Origin: Planctomycetota bacterium | GTDB lineage: Bacteria > Planctomycetota > UBA1135 > UBA2386 | Direction of reading: 5' to 3' | Assembly (NCBI GenBank): GCA_965228735.1 | Contig: OZ245838.1 | Location: forward strand, 6,144,001 to 6,208,000 | DNA: 64,000 bases | In this document: positions 8,849 through 17,812 of the stretch, in pieces | Layout: each line of letters begins with the position of its first letter | Numbering within the stretch: position 1 is the stretch's first letter | Notes under the pieces: generated by a model | Databases searched by the model: none | Told to the model about the DNA's origin: nothing | What the model saw: the letters and a program-made list of their open reading frames with translations, nothing else | Position numbers and translations under genes: made by a program

Positions 8849-11152
8849 ATGCCTGCAGCGGGGCGCGCATCGGCGAGTCCTCTCGATTTGCATCGGTCGT
8901 CGCCGAGTCGCGTCGTGGGCTACCTCGCGTTCGCGTTCCTGCCGCTGCTCGGCTTCGTCGCCGAGATCGCGACGGGCGCGCTCGGTTCGCATCTCGTGCT
9001 GTTCCCGGAGCGGTGGTACGTGCTGCCCGTGCTCGTTGCCGTGGTGCTGAACCTCGTCGTGCAGGGCAACGGTTTGCGGCGGCCCGCGACCCTGCCGCTG
9101 CACGCGGCCATGTTCGGCTTCGTGTTCGGGATGGCGGCGCTCTACGGCCTCGTCATGGCTCCGGCGCTGCCGATGATGGTGTTCGCCGCGATCCTGGTGA
9201 TCGGGCTGCTCGCCGCGGCGCCCTACTTCACGCTCCTCGGCCTGATGTTCCATTGGCCGGAGCTCGCGCAATCGTGGCGGGACAGCGGCCGCTCCGAGGG
9301 GCGCCTGTGGGCCTGCGTCGCGGTGCCCGCGTTGCTGCCGTTCGTCGCTGTGGGGGTGATCGCGGTCGTCGACGTGCGGGTCGAGTCCAGGATGGCCGAG
9401 CTGCACGCGGCCGTGCTGCGGGGCGATGCCGCGACAAGTCAGGTGCTCGCCGCCGAGCTGCGAGGGTTGCCGTCGGCGCCGCAACGCGCGCTCTGCGAAT
9501 GGCCGGCGTGGCGCGGACTCGATGACGTCCCGTTCTCGTTCCTCGGTGGCAAAGGGAAGCAACGTGGTCGCTTCTGGTTCCTCTCGAGCGAGCAGCCGCT
9601 GTTGCCCGAACACGCCCGGCTCGCGTTCTATCGCGCGCACGGCGAAGTCGTCGAGCCGCCGTCCGAGTCGACCCAGTGGCGTCCGCGGCGCGACGTGCGG
9701 TGGACGGGGTCGCGTTTCGAGGTCACGGTCGAGCCCGCGGCCGCGATCGCACAGGTCGATTGGCTGACGACGGTGCAGAGCACGACACACCGGCCGGTCG
9801 AGGCCGCGTTCCACCTGCAGTTGCCGGAGGGCGCGGTCGCGACCTCGCTGTCGCTGTGGATCGGCGGCGTCGAACGACCGGCGGCGTTCGCCGGCCGCGC
9901 GCAGGTCGAGGCCGCCTACCGGGAGGTCGTGCGCAAGAACCGCGATCCGGCTCTGCTGATGGAAGTGCGCCCCGGGCTGCTCGAGCTGCGGCTGTTTCCG
10001 CTGTCGAGGCGGTCGCCGCCGATGCGGGCGCGGGTCGGCATGACGCTCGCGCTGCCCGTGCACGATGGCGGCGCCGACCTCGCGTTGCCGCGGATCGTGC
10101 GGCACGACTGCTGGCGCGTCGAGCCGCAGCCGGAGGTCGCGGTGCACGGCATCGCCGGGACCGCCGCCGAAGGTGTCGACGTCTGGCGCGGCGGCGACCT
10201 CGGGCGCGTGCTCCGGATCCCGGGCCATCTGCCGCGCGTGGCCGCGCGCGATGCGGCCGGCGCCGTCGTGCAGGATCTCAGGGCGCGCAGCGCCGCGCGG
10301 CAGGCCCGGCGCCACGTCATCGTCATCGAGGGTTCGAGTGCGGTCGCCGCCGCGGTCGCCGATCCGGGCGCGCTGCTGCGGCCCTGGCCGGACGAGGCGC
10401 GATGCAGCGTGTTCGTCGTTCAGGGCGACTCGTTCGTCGCGCGCGACGGGATCGCGAGCGGGCCAGAGCTGCTCGGCTGGCTGCGCGAGCAGACGTTCGC
10501 CGGCGGCGTCGATTCGCGCGCGGCGCTCGCGGCGGCGTCCCGGCGGGCGGCCGAACTCGGGCTCGAGCACGTGACGTGGCTGCACGGACCGGCCGCCATG
10601 CTGCTGCCGCTCGCGCGCTTCGAACTCGCGCCGGATGTCGAAGTCGCCGCGCTGCCACTCGCCGCTGGCGACAACCTCGTGCGCGCGCTGCTCGATCGGC
10701 GCGGCGCGCTCCTGCCGATCGCGCGGCGCGACGCCGGTGACTGGCTCGGCGAACTCGCGTCGTGGCTCGCGGGCGGCGAGCTGCCGTTCCGCCGGGCGTT
10801 GTCGCGGAGCCCCGACCTGCCGGCGGATGTGCCCGAGGTCAGCGATCATCTCGCCCGCCTCTGGGCGGCGGCGGAAGCGCAGCGTCGCGAGCGCGCGCGC
10901 GCCGGCACCGGCAGTCAGCTCGCCGCGCGGTATCGCATCGTGACCGCGGGGGCCGCCGCGGTCGTGCTCGAGTCGGCGGAGCAGTATGCGCAGAACGAAC
11001 TCGAACCGGGTGCGCTCGCCGGCCGCGAACCGCGTGGTCCGGCGGGCTCTCCCGTTCCGGAGCCCGGCACGTTGTTCCTGTTCGGCACGGGGCTCGCCGC
11101 GGTCGCCCTGTTGCGGCGGCGGCAGCAGCGCGCGCGTGACCGCGCTGCCTGA
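8849..11152 (+). CDS. Integral membrane VIT-domain protein with C-terminal PEP-CTERM sorting signal
   Basis: About 5 N-terminal TM helices. VIT motif EAAFHLQLPEGAVATSLSLWIGG...AYREVV...RDPALL...LFP. Ends VPEPGTLFLFGTGLAAVALLRRR. Start ATG 8849 or 8840. Confidence 0.9.
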   Translation: MPAAGRASASPLDLHRSSPSRVVGYLAFAFLPLLGFVAEIATGALGSHLVLFPERWYVLPVLVAVVLNLVVQGNGLRRPATLPLHAAMFGFVFGMAALYGLVMAPALPMMVFAAILVIGLLAAAPYFTLLGLMFHWPELAQSWRDSGRSEGRLWACVAVPALLPFVAVGVIAVVDVRVESRMAELHAAVLRGDAATSQVLAAELRGLPSAPQRALCEWPAWRGLDDVPFSFLGGKGKQRGRFWFLSSEQPLLPEHARLAFYRAHGEVVEPPSESTQWRPRRDVRWTGSRFEVTVEPAAAIAQVDWLTTVQSTTHRPVEAAFHLQLPEGAVATSLSLWIGGVERPAAFAGRAQVEAAYREVVRKNRDPALLMEVRPGLLELRLFPLSRRSPPMRARVGMTLALPVHDGGADLALPRIVRHDCWRVEPQPEVAVHGIAGTAAEGVDVWRGGDLGRVLRIPGHLPRVAARDAAGAVVQDLRARSAARQARRHVIVIEGSSAVAAAVADPGALLRPWPDEARCSVFVVQGDSFVARDGIASGPELLGWLREQTFAGGVDSRAALAAASRRAAELGLEHVTWLHGPAAMLLPLARFELAPDVEVAALPLAAGDNLVRALLDRRGALLPIARRDAGDWLGELASWLAGGELPFRRALSRSPDLPADVPEVSDHLARLWAAAEAQRRERARAGTGSQLAARYRIVTAGAAAVVLESAEQYAQNELEPGALAGREPRGPAGSPVPEPGTLFLFGTGLAAVALLRRRQQRARDRAA

Positions 11153-11161
11153 CGGGCGGCG

Positions 11162-11242
11162 CCGCTCGGGGTTGGGGCACCGCTCGAGTCAGGGCCCGCG
11201 CGATTCGGGGCCCGCTCGAGTTGGGCCCGCTCGAGTTGGGGG
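11162..11242. repeat. Degenerate tandem repeat, about 15-bp unit GGGCCCGCTCGAGTT, about 5 copies
   Basis: Two exact copies at 11208-11237 and about three degenerate copies upstream, between convergent genes. Confidence 0.7.
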
Positions 11243-11257
11243 CCGTCGCGTCCGGGG

Positions 11258-11653
11258 TTACTCGCCCGGCTTGTCGAACAGGCCGCCGAGGTGGAAGTTG
11301 GCGATGTCCGAGCGGTCGACGATCGTCGCCGCGTTGACGCCGAGCGTGATCGCGATGACCTCCGCGATCTCCTCGCTCGTCGCCCCTTCACGCTTCGCCT
11401 TCTTCAGGTGGCCTTCGAGGCAGCCCTTGCAGCCGCTCGTGAGCGCCGCCGCGATGGCGATGTATTCCTTCACCTTGAGCGTGAGCTTCGACTTGCCGTA
11501 CGTGGCCTTGTAGAAGCCCATGTAGAGCTGCTTGAGTTCGGGGGTCAGCAGCGCGTAGCTGCGCATCTGCGAGCTCGGCAGCCGGCCGTCCTCACCGGGT
11601 TCGGCAGTCGTCTCGGTTGCGGCGGCGGCGGAGTTCTTCGTTTCTTCAGTCAT
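11258..11653 (-). CDS. Carboxymuconolactone decarboxylase / AhpD-like protein
   Basis: KLTLKVKEYIAIAAALTSGCKGCLEGHLKKAKREGATSEEIAEVI contains the CxxC-x3-H pattern. Confidence 0.9.
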   Translation of the reverse strand: MTEETKNSAAAATETTAEPGEDGRLPSSQMRSYALLTPELKQLYMGFYKATYGKSKLTLKVKEYIAIAAALTSGCKGCLEGHLKKAKREGATSEEIAEVIAITLGVNAATIVDRSDIANFHLGGLFDKPGE

Positions 11654-11702
11654 GCGGGGAGCGCGAGTAGTCGAGTTCTGCGGCGGCGAGAGCCGATGTC
11701 CG

Positions 11703-11730
11703 GACGGTAACGGCTCCAGACGGTAACGGC
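11703..11730. promoter_or_regulatory. Direct repeat GACGGTAACGGC x2 (16-bp period), upstream of the AhpD-like gene
   Basis: Exact 12-mers at 11703-11714 and 11719-11730. A regulatory role is inferred only. Confidence 0.35.
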
Positions 11731-11783
11731 GCCTCTATACGACTTGCCACCCCGTTGAGATGCGGCAATTTGCCGTTGCCGGA

Positions 11784-12209
11784 TTATTGCAGAGTCAGCC
11801 GCAGCCGGACGAGCGCGTCGCGGTCCGTCGGGTTCTCGAGCTGTTTGAACGCGTCCTCGAAGCCGAGCCAGCAGAACTCGCCGACCGTCGGACCCGGGTG
11901 GAGTTCATCGATCGGTGCCGTGGGGGCGCCGGCCTGCCAGGCGAACGGCCAGTCGACGAGGCCGAGATCGCCGAACAGCTCCTTCTGCGGCTCGAGCAGC
12001 TCCATGAGGTGCAGCGGGCGGCGCAGACCGGTCTCGGCCTGGACCTCGCGGTGCACGGCCTGCTCGATCTGTTCGCCCGGCGTCACCGGCCCGATCACGG
12101 GACCGAGTGGCCATTCTTCGCGCGGCTTCTGTCGCAGCAGCAGGAACTCGACGTGGTCGTCGAGCACCTGGAACACGAAGACGCGGATGCGGTGTTCGAG
12201 GCTGAACAT
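11784..12209 (-). CDS. NUDIX hydrolase
   Basis: Nudix box variant GPVTPGEQIEQAVHREVQAETGL, preceded by FLLLRQ. Confidence 0.85.
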   Translation of the reverse strand: MFSLEHRIRVFVFQVLDDHVEFLLLRQKPREEWPLGPVIGPVTPGEQIEQAVHREVQAETGLRRPLHLMELLEPQKELFGDLGLVDWPFAWQAGAPTAPIDELHPGPTVGEFCWLGFEDAFKQLENPTDRDALVRLRLTLQ

Positions 12210-12326
12210 GACGGTGGAACGGGCGGCAGGATCTCTGCCACCCCTTTCTAGTGCCCGTCATCGGCCCGGATGCGTCGGTTTCGAGGTCGAAAACCGGGTT
12301 GTCCCCGATCCGGACCCGGGTCCGGG

Positions 12327-13313
12327 CTAACCGTCCTTGCCAGCGCCGACTGGCACTGCTGGGGCCTTCTTCCGTGACTTGCCCGCGCCGGCCGCGGCGC
12401 TGCGGAATCGATCGCCGACCCACTTCAGCGACTGCGCGAGGCGTGGCTCCACGCCGTCACCCCAGGCGTGGCCGCTGCCCTTCACGAGCTGCCACTCGTG
12501 CGGCACCTTGCGCTTCTCGAGCTGCTCGTGGAGCGCCTCGTTGGCGATGTGGAACTTGAGGCGGTCGGCCGTGCCGGCGTCGAACCAGAGACCGAGGCCG
12601 TCGAGTTTGGCCGGCTCGAGCTCGCTCGCGATGCAGAGCGGGTTGGTCTTGCGCCAGAGCTCCTCGTCGATCGGGTTGCCGAACACCTTGTCGAGCCCGA
12701 TTCGGCCCGAGAGCGCCAGCAGCCGCGGATCGAGCTGCTTGGGGTCCATCGGGAACACGGCCGAACTGTGGCACGCCACGGTGCCGAACAGCTCGGGGTT
12801 CTCCCAGGCAATCCGCATTGCGGCCATGCCGCCCATGCTGATGCCCATGAGGGCGCGGTCGCTGCGCTTCTTGCTGACGCGGTACTCGGCGTCGATGTGC
12901 GCGATCAGGTCCTGCTGGATCAGGTCCTGATAGCCCTTGTACTCGCCGGCGTTGACGTACATCGACGTGCGGCCGCCGTTCGCGAGCACGAACACGCAGG
13001 GCGGCAGATCACCCTTGCCGACCGCGTCGTCGAGCACCTTGCCGCCGCCGCGCGTGTGGAACCGGCGGTGGTCCTCCCACATGCCGTGCAGCCAGATCAC
13101 GAGCGGCCAGCGCTTGTCCTCGTTGGCCTCGTCCTCGTAGCCGAGCGGCAGGTAGACGCCGTACGGCATCGAATCGCCGACGGCCTCGCTCTCGAACCGG
13201 GCTTCCTGGTGCGTCAGGTGCTCGAGCTTCGGCGGTTCGCTGCGGCGACGCCGACCCTGCGCGAGGCAGGTCGTCAGGCAGAGGGTGAAGACGAGGAGGT
13301 GGGCGAGTCGCAT
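12327..13313 (-). CDS. Exported esterase (alpha/beta hydrolase, Fes/FrmB-like)
   Basis: Signal peptide. Motifs VYLPLGY, WLHG, nucleophile elbow GISMGG, DAGTAD, GHAW. Confidence 0.9.
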   Translation of the reverse strand: MRLAHLLVFTLCLTTCLAQGRRRRSEPPKLEHLTHQEARFESEAVGDSMPYGVYLPLGYEDEANEDKRWPLVIWLHGMWEDHRRFHTRGGGKVLDDAVGKGDLPPCVFVLANGGRTSMYVNAGEYKGYQDLIQQDLIAHIDAEYRVSKKRSDRALMGISMGGMAAMRIAWENPELFGTVACHSSAVFPMDPKQLDPRLLALSGRIGLDKVFGNPIDEELWRKTNPLCIASELEPAKLDGLGLWFDAGTADRLKFHIANEALHEQLEKRKVPHEWQLVKGSGHAWGDGVEPRLAQSLKWVGDRFRSAAAGAGKSRKKAPAVPVGAGKDG

Positions 13314-13404
13314 GCGATACCTGGAAGCGGGGGACAGCGAGTAGTGTTGCGGGGGGCATAGGCCACGCCCAGGGGGCGGGCCGCGATTTCTCCCAACTCC
13401 GGTC

Positions 13405-14697
13405 TTGGATCCCGCTGCCGAAGAACTTGCGCCGCTGCTGGCCCGCCTCGTGAATTACGAGCGGCTGCGGCCCGATCGTCGCCTGTGGGATCTGACGACG
13501 ATGCGACAACTGCTCGCGGGGTCGGGCGTCCTGCCCGGCGCGCGGCCGGCGGTGCAGATCGGCGGCAGCAAAGGCAAGGGCACGACCGCGGCGTTCCTGG
13601 CCGCCTTGGCGACGGCCGGCGGCGACGTGGTCGGGGTCTACTCGTCACCACATCTCGTGACGTTGCTCGAGCGCATTCGGATCGCGGGCCGCGACGTGAC
13701 GATCGCGCAGCTCGAGCCCGTGTTGCGTCGGCTGCTGGGCGTTCCCGGGCTCGAACGGCCGCCGACGTTCTTCGAGGCGATGACGGCCGCGGCCGTCGCG
13801 CTGTTTCGCGAACGCGAAGTCGACCTCGCGATCTACGAGGTCGGGCTCGGCGGGCGGCACGACGCGACGACGGCGATTCCGGTCGATGTCGGCGTCGTGA
13901 CGCGGATCGAGCTCGAGCACACCGAGGTGCTCGGGGACTCCGTCGAGCAGATCGCCGCGGAGAAGGCGTTCGTGCTGCGACCGGGCGGTCTCGGGTTCAC
14001 CGCGACCGAGGGTCCCGCGCTCGCCGTTCTGCGCGACCATGCGGCGGCGCACGCCATCGACCTGCACGCGCTCGGCGATCCGGAGTTCCGCTGCTCGGCG
14101 CCGACGTTCGTGGGCCCGGACTGTCGCTTCGAACTCACGCTGCCGGGGCCGGCCGGCGGCGAACGTCACGACGTGCGGATCCCCGACGGCCGGGCGTTCG
14201 AGGTTCCGGCCGTCGCCCTCGCGGCCGCGACGCTGCGCGCCGTGCGGCCCGATGTCCGACTCCAGCTCGATCCGACCCCGCGGCCGGTTCTGGCCGGTCG
14301 ATTCGAGGTGTTCGACGAGCCCGACGGCGAGGCGCTCGTGCTCGATGGCGCGCACACGGAAGAGTCGGTCCGGGCCGTCGTTCTGGAGGTCGCGCGGCGC
14401 TGGCCGGGCCGCCGCCCCGCGGTCCTCTGTGCGGCCGCGGCGGGCAAACGCTGGCGGGAGAGCTTTAGTTCGATAATCGGAGTCGCCGATAGCGCCCTCG
14501 TCACCGAAGTCGTGGGCACGCCCGGCGAGACTCCCGCTGTGATCGCCGATTGGCTGTCGCAGCAGGGGCTGCCGAGCGAGACGGTCCAGGACGTTCGGGC
14601 CGGGCTGCTGGCGCTGCGCCAACGACCCGGTCCGCGTCTCGTGATCGGCTCGTTCTATCTCGTCGGCGAGGTCCGCGCGCAGTTGTCCCAACCCTGA
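13405..14697 (+). CDS. folC: Folylpolyglutamate synthase / dihydrofolate synthase
   Basis: Motifs GSKGKGTT, YSSPHL..LLERIRI, TFFE, EVGLGGRHDAT, LDGAHT, IGSFYLVG. TTG start. Confidence 0.93.
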   Translation: MDPAAEELAPLLARLVNYERLRPDRRLWDLTTMRQLLAGSGVLPGARPAVQIGGSKGKGTTAAFLAALATAGGDVVGVYSSPHLVTLLERIRIAGRDVTIAQLEPVLRRLLGVPGLERPPTFFEAMTAAAVALFREREVDLAIYEVGLGGRHDATTAIPVDVGVVTRIELEHTEVLGDSVEQIAAEKAFVLRPGGLGFTATEGPALAVLRDHAAAHAIDLHALGDPEFRCSAPTFVGPDCRFELTLPGPAGGERHDVRIPDGRAFEVPAVALAAATLRAVRPDVRLQLDPTPRPVLAGRFEVFDEPDGEALVLDGAHTEESVRAVVLEVARRWPGRRPAVLCAAAAGKRWRESFSSIIGVADSALVTEVVGTPGETPAVIADWLSQQGLPSETVQDVRAGLLALRQRPGPRLVIGSFYLVGEVRAQLSQP

Positions 14698-14705
14698 GCG
14701 CATCG

Positions 14706-15239
14706 ATGAACCAGCCCGACCCCAGCGGCTCGACCGTCACGCCCGTCCTCGTCGAAGACCTGTTCGTCACCGAGGTCTTCCTCATCAAAGGCCGCGTCGC
14801 CGGCAAGACCAAGCGGTTGTCGAACCTGCTGCAGGACTACGAACGGCAGTTCCTCGAGGTGTCCGACGCGACGATGGTGTCGCTGCGCACCGGCGAAGTC
14901 GTGAAGACGCCGCGCGTGATGATCAACACGTCGGAGATCCGCTTCGCGCACGAGCTCGTCGAGGTCGCGGGCGACTTCGCGATGCGGCAGCTCGGCAAGA
15001 ACGAGAAGCCGACCCGGATCCGCGCGTTCTACAGCGGTGCGACGCAGTTCGAGCTCGCGGGCCAGATCGAGCCCGGCGCCTACGAGCTCAACCCGCTGAC
15101 GCAACGGCGATACTTCATCATGCAGCAGCCGACGATCCGCGGCCTCGACCTCGAGCATCCGGAGCTCCATCTGCTGCGGAATCTCGAGTACGCGATCGTG
15201 CGCCACGACGGCATGTCGTACGTCTACGACTTCTCGTAG
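14706..15239 (+). CDS. Hypothetical protein (possibly DUF6812-like)
   Basis: Strong GC3 codon bias. ATG 8 nt after the folC stop. Segment RLSNLLQ...FLEVSDA...MINTSEIRFAHE. The family name is tentative. Confidence 0.75.
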   Translation: MNQPDPSGSTVTPVLVEDLFVTEVFLIKGRVAGKTKRLSNLLQDYERQFLEVSDATMVSLRTGEVVKTPRVMINTSEIRFAHELVEVAGDFAMRQLGKNEKPTRIRAFYSGATQFELAGQIEPGAYELNPLTQRRYFIMQQPTIRGLDLEHPELHLLRNLEYAIVRHDGMSYVYDFS

Positions 15240-15256
15240 ACCGCGCCGATCCGCCG

Positions 15257-15757
15257 TTGCCAGCCGACAGTTCCTCCGAACCCCGCCAACCTGCCGTCGC
15301 GCCGCCGCGCGCGCCGTGGACCATTCCGCTGGCGCAGGGCCCGATCGGCGCGGGCGCCGATCGAGCGATCGCGGTCGTGTTCGCCGGCGCGGCGATCACG
15401 GCGGTCGCGGTGCTGTGGCCGCTCACGGCGGACGAGCAGGGCTTCGACACGCACACCCAGCTCGGCCTCGAACCGTGCGGCTGGCCGATCGCCTACGGGA
15501 TGCCGTGCCCGACGTGCGGCTGCACGACGGCCGCGACGCACGTCGTGCACGGCTCGCTGATCGACGCGTTCGTCACCCAGCCATTCGGCGCCGCGCTCGC
15601 CATCCTCGGTCTGTTCCTCGGTCTCCACGCGCTCTACTGCCTCGCGCGCGGCCACTCGTTCGTCGACCTCGTCGTGCGCATCAACTTCGGCCGCTGGCTG
15701 CTCGGCGGCACGCTGCTGCTGCTCGCATCCTGGGGCTACAAGTGCCTGATGATGTGA
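15257..15757 (+). CDS. DUF2752 family membrane protein
   Basis: THTQLGLEPC...GMPCPTCGCTTA...QPFG, plus several TM helices. Confidence 0.85.
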   Translation: MPADSSSEPRQPAVAPPRAPWTIPLAQGPIGAGADRAIAVVFAGAAITAVAVLWPLTADEQGFDTHTQLGLEPCGWPIAYGMPCPTCGCTTAATHVVHGSLIDAFVTQPFGAALAILGLFLGLHALYCLARGHSFVDLVVRINFGRWLLGGTLLLLASWGYKCLMM

Positions 15758-15758
15758 A

Positions 15759-15877
15759 GATGGCGGTACCGAACCCGTTTCGAATCCGCCACCTCGTCTC
15801 CTTCGCAAACGCGGGAGTGAAGGGCTGTTGGCGATGTCGGCGCGTGGCGGATTCGAAACGGGTTCGGTACCGCCATC
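15759..15877. repeat. REP doublet (REPIN-like): perfect 34-bp inverted repeat with 51-bp spacer
   Basis: GATGGCGGTACCGAACCCGTTTCGAATCCGCCAC at 15759-15792 and its exact reverse complement at 15844-15877. It fills the gap between convergent stop codons. Confidence 0.9.
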
Positions 15878-15878
15878 C

Positions 15879-16820
15879 TCACGTCTCGCTGTCGTCTTCG
15901 ACCGCGGTTTCGAGCAGCGCCAGGTACGACTCGTAGCGGGACTGCGCGATGTCGCCGGCTTCGACGGCCTGGCGCACGGCGCAACTGACTTCACCGGTGT
16001 GGCGGCAGCTGCGGTATTCGCATCGACCGAGGCGCTCGCCGATCTCGGGGAACAAGAACTGCAGCTCCTGCACGCCGACGTGGAACAGACCGAAGTTGCG
16101 CACGCCGGGCGTGTCGAGCACGTGGCCGCCGCCGGGGAGCGCGATGAGCTCGGTGTGCGACGTCGTGTGTTTGCCCTGTCGGATCCGATTGAGCGTGCCC
16201 GTGCGCAGCTGCAGTCCGGGAACGAGGTAGTTGAGCAACGTCGACTTGCCGGCGCCCGACGGGCCCGTGAACACGCTGCGGTTCTCGCGCAGCAGTTCGC
16301 GCAATTCGGTCAGCGAATCGGCCGTCTCCTTGCCGGCCGTCGTGCACGTCTGCAGCACGGGCACGCCGATCGCGCGATAGACCGCGGCCCAGTCGTCGCT
16401 CTTCTTCCTCGCCACGTCGTACTTCGTCATCACGATCGTCGCCGTGATGCGTTCGCGGCGCGCGGCGGCGAGCACGCTGTCGACGAGATCGGGCTGGAAC
16501 GGCGGTTGCTTCGGGCTCGCGACGACGAACGCGTGCGTGATGTTGGCTGCGATCACCTGCATGCGCGGCGCGCCCTCGCCGGCCGCCTTGCGATGCAGTT
16601 GCGAGGTGCGTGGCAGCACCTCGTCGACGGCCTCGCCGGTAGTATCGAGTCGCACGAGGTCGCCGACCGCGACGGGGCGCTTCTCGTGGCTCCGGACCTC
16701 GAACAGTTTGCCCGCGAGCGGCAGCTTGTGCACCGCACCGTCGATCTCGACATGGCACACCTTGGCGTCGACGCGTAGAACGAGGCCGGTGAGTGCTGGC
16801 GTGGGCAATGACGATGACAT
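15879..16820 (-). CDS. rsgA: Ribosome small subunit-dependent GTPase A
   Basis: Motifs VAVGDLV, VLPRTSQL, IAANI, TKYD (G4), GPSGAGKSTLLN, GKHTT, DTPG, and Zn site CEYRSCRHTGEVSC. Confidence 0.95.
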   Translation of the reverse strand: MSSSLPTPALTGLVLRVDAKVCHVEIDGAVHKLPLAGKLFEVRSHEKRPVAVGDLVRLDTTGEAVDEVLPRTSQLHRKAAGEGAPRMQVIAANITHAFVVASPKQPPFQPDLVDSVLAAARRERITATIVMTKYDVARKKSDDWAAVYRAIGVPVLQTCTTAGKETADSLTELRELLRENRSVFTGPSGAGKSTLLNYLVPGLQLRTGTLNRIRQGKHTTSHTELIALPGGGHVLDTPGVRNFGLFHVGVQELQFLFPEIGERLGRCEYRSCRHTGEVSCAVRQAVEAGDIAQSRYESYLALLETAVEDDSET

Positions 16821-16839
16821 CGATGATGGGGCAGCGGTC

Positions 16840-17766
16840 GTGCGCGGCCGACTCGCGCCGAGTCCGACGGGAGCCCTGCACCTCGGCAACGCCAGGTCGT
16901 TCCTGCTGGCGTGGTTGTCGGTGCGCGCGGCCGGAGGAACTCTACTGCTCCGCGTCGAGGACATCGACGGTCCCCGCGTGAAGCCCGCAGCCACGACGCA
17001 GGTCATCGAAGATCTGCAGTGGCTCGGGCTCGATTGGGACGGCGAGGTGACGCGGCAGAGTGAACGGATACCGCGCTACCGAGCCGCTGCCGATCGCCTC
17101 GTCGCGGCCGGTCTGGCGTATCCGTGCGTCTGCACCCGCAAGGAAGTCGAGGAGGCCAGCTCCGCCCCACACGAGTCCGCTGCCGCGGTCGACGGACCGG
17201 TCTACCCGGGAACGTGCCGCGACCGCTTCGCGAGTGTCGATGCGGCGCGCGCGGCCACGGGCCGCGACCCGGCGTTGCGGTTCCGGGTCGACGTCGGCGC
17301 GGTGCCGTTCGACGACGGGTTCCTCGGGCCGCAGCCCGGCGCCGTCGCCGGCGACTTCGTGATCGGCAAGCGCGACGGCGGCCCGGCCTACCAGCTGGCG
17401 GTCGTCGTCGACGATGCGGCGCAGGGCGTGACCGAGGTGCTCCGGGCCGATGACCTGTTGCCGAGCACGCCGCGGCAGCTGTTGCTCTACCACGCGCTCG
17501 GCCTGCAACAGCCGCGGTTCGTGCACGTCCCACTCGTCGTCGGTCACGACGGCCGACGCCTCGCGAAGCGCCACGGTGACACGTCGCTGCGTTGGTTCCG
17601 TGACCAGGGCGTGACCGCCGAACGCCTCGTCGGCTACCTCGCGTTCCTCTCTGGGTTGCGACCGCGCGGCACGTCGTGTCGCGCCGTCGATCTGCTCGCG
17701 GAGTTCGACCTGAAGGTGCTGCCGCGTGGACCCGTGCGGGGCGACGACCACGGCTTGCTCGAGTAG
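16840..17766 (+). CDS. gluQ: Glutamyl-Q tRNA(Asp) synthetase
   Basis: RLAPSPTGALHLGN, LRVEDID, YPCVCTRKE, YPGTC, YQLAVVVDD, RLAKRHG. About 308 aa with no anticodon-binding domain. Start GTG 16840 or 16801. Confidence 0.93.
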   Translation: MRGRLAPSPTGALHLGNARSFLLAWLSVRAAGGTLLLRVEDIDGPRVKPAATTQVIEDLQWLGLDWDGEVTRQSERIPRYRAAADRLVAAGLAYPCVCTRKEVEEASSAPHESAAAVDGPVYPGTCRDRFASVDAARAATGRDPALRFRVDVGAVPFDDGFLGPQPGAVAGDFVIGKRDGGPAYQLAVVVDDAAQGVTEVLRADDLLPSTPRQLLLYHALGLQQPRFVHVPLVVGHDGRRLAKRHGDTSLRWFRDQGVTAERLVGYLAFLSGLRPRGTSCRAVDLLAEFDLKVLPRGPVRGDDHGLLE

Positions 17767-17812
17767 GGCGCCGCGGCGCGGCTCGGCTGCCGCGGACCGT
17801 CTCGTCCGCCGG

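Noticed and set aside
6832..10849. Long ORFs 6832..9525(+) and 7931..10849(-)
   Set aside because: Shadows of aroB, the membrane protein and the VIT gene. No motifs.
15759..15877. tRNA or other structured RNA gene (GGTTCG and TTCGAATCC resemble a T-loop)
   Set aside because: No cloverleaf or anticodon arm can be built. The perfect inverted doublet and dispersed copies fit a REP better. tRNAscan-SE would settle it.
15224..15994. ORFs containing MAVPNPFRIRH or ADSKRVRYRH, recurring near 15760, 47200 and 53130
   Set aside because: These are translations of the REP-like DNA repeat, not a protein family.
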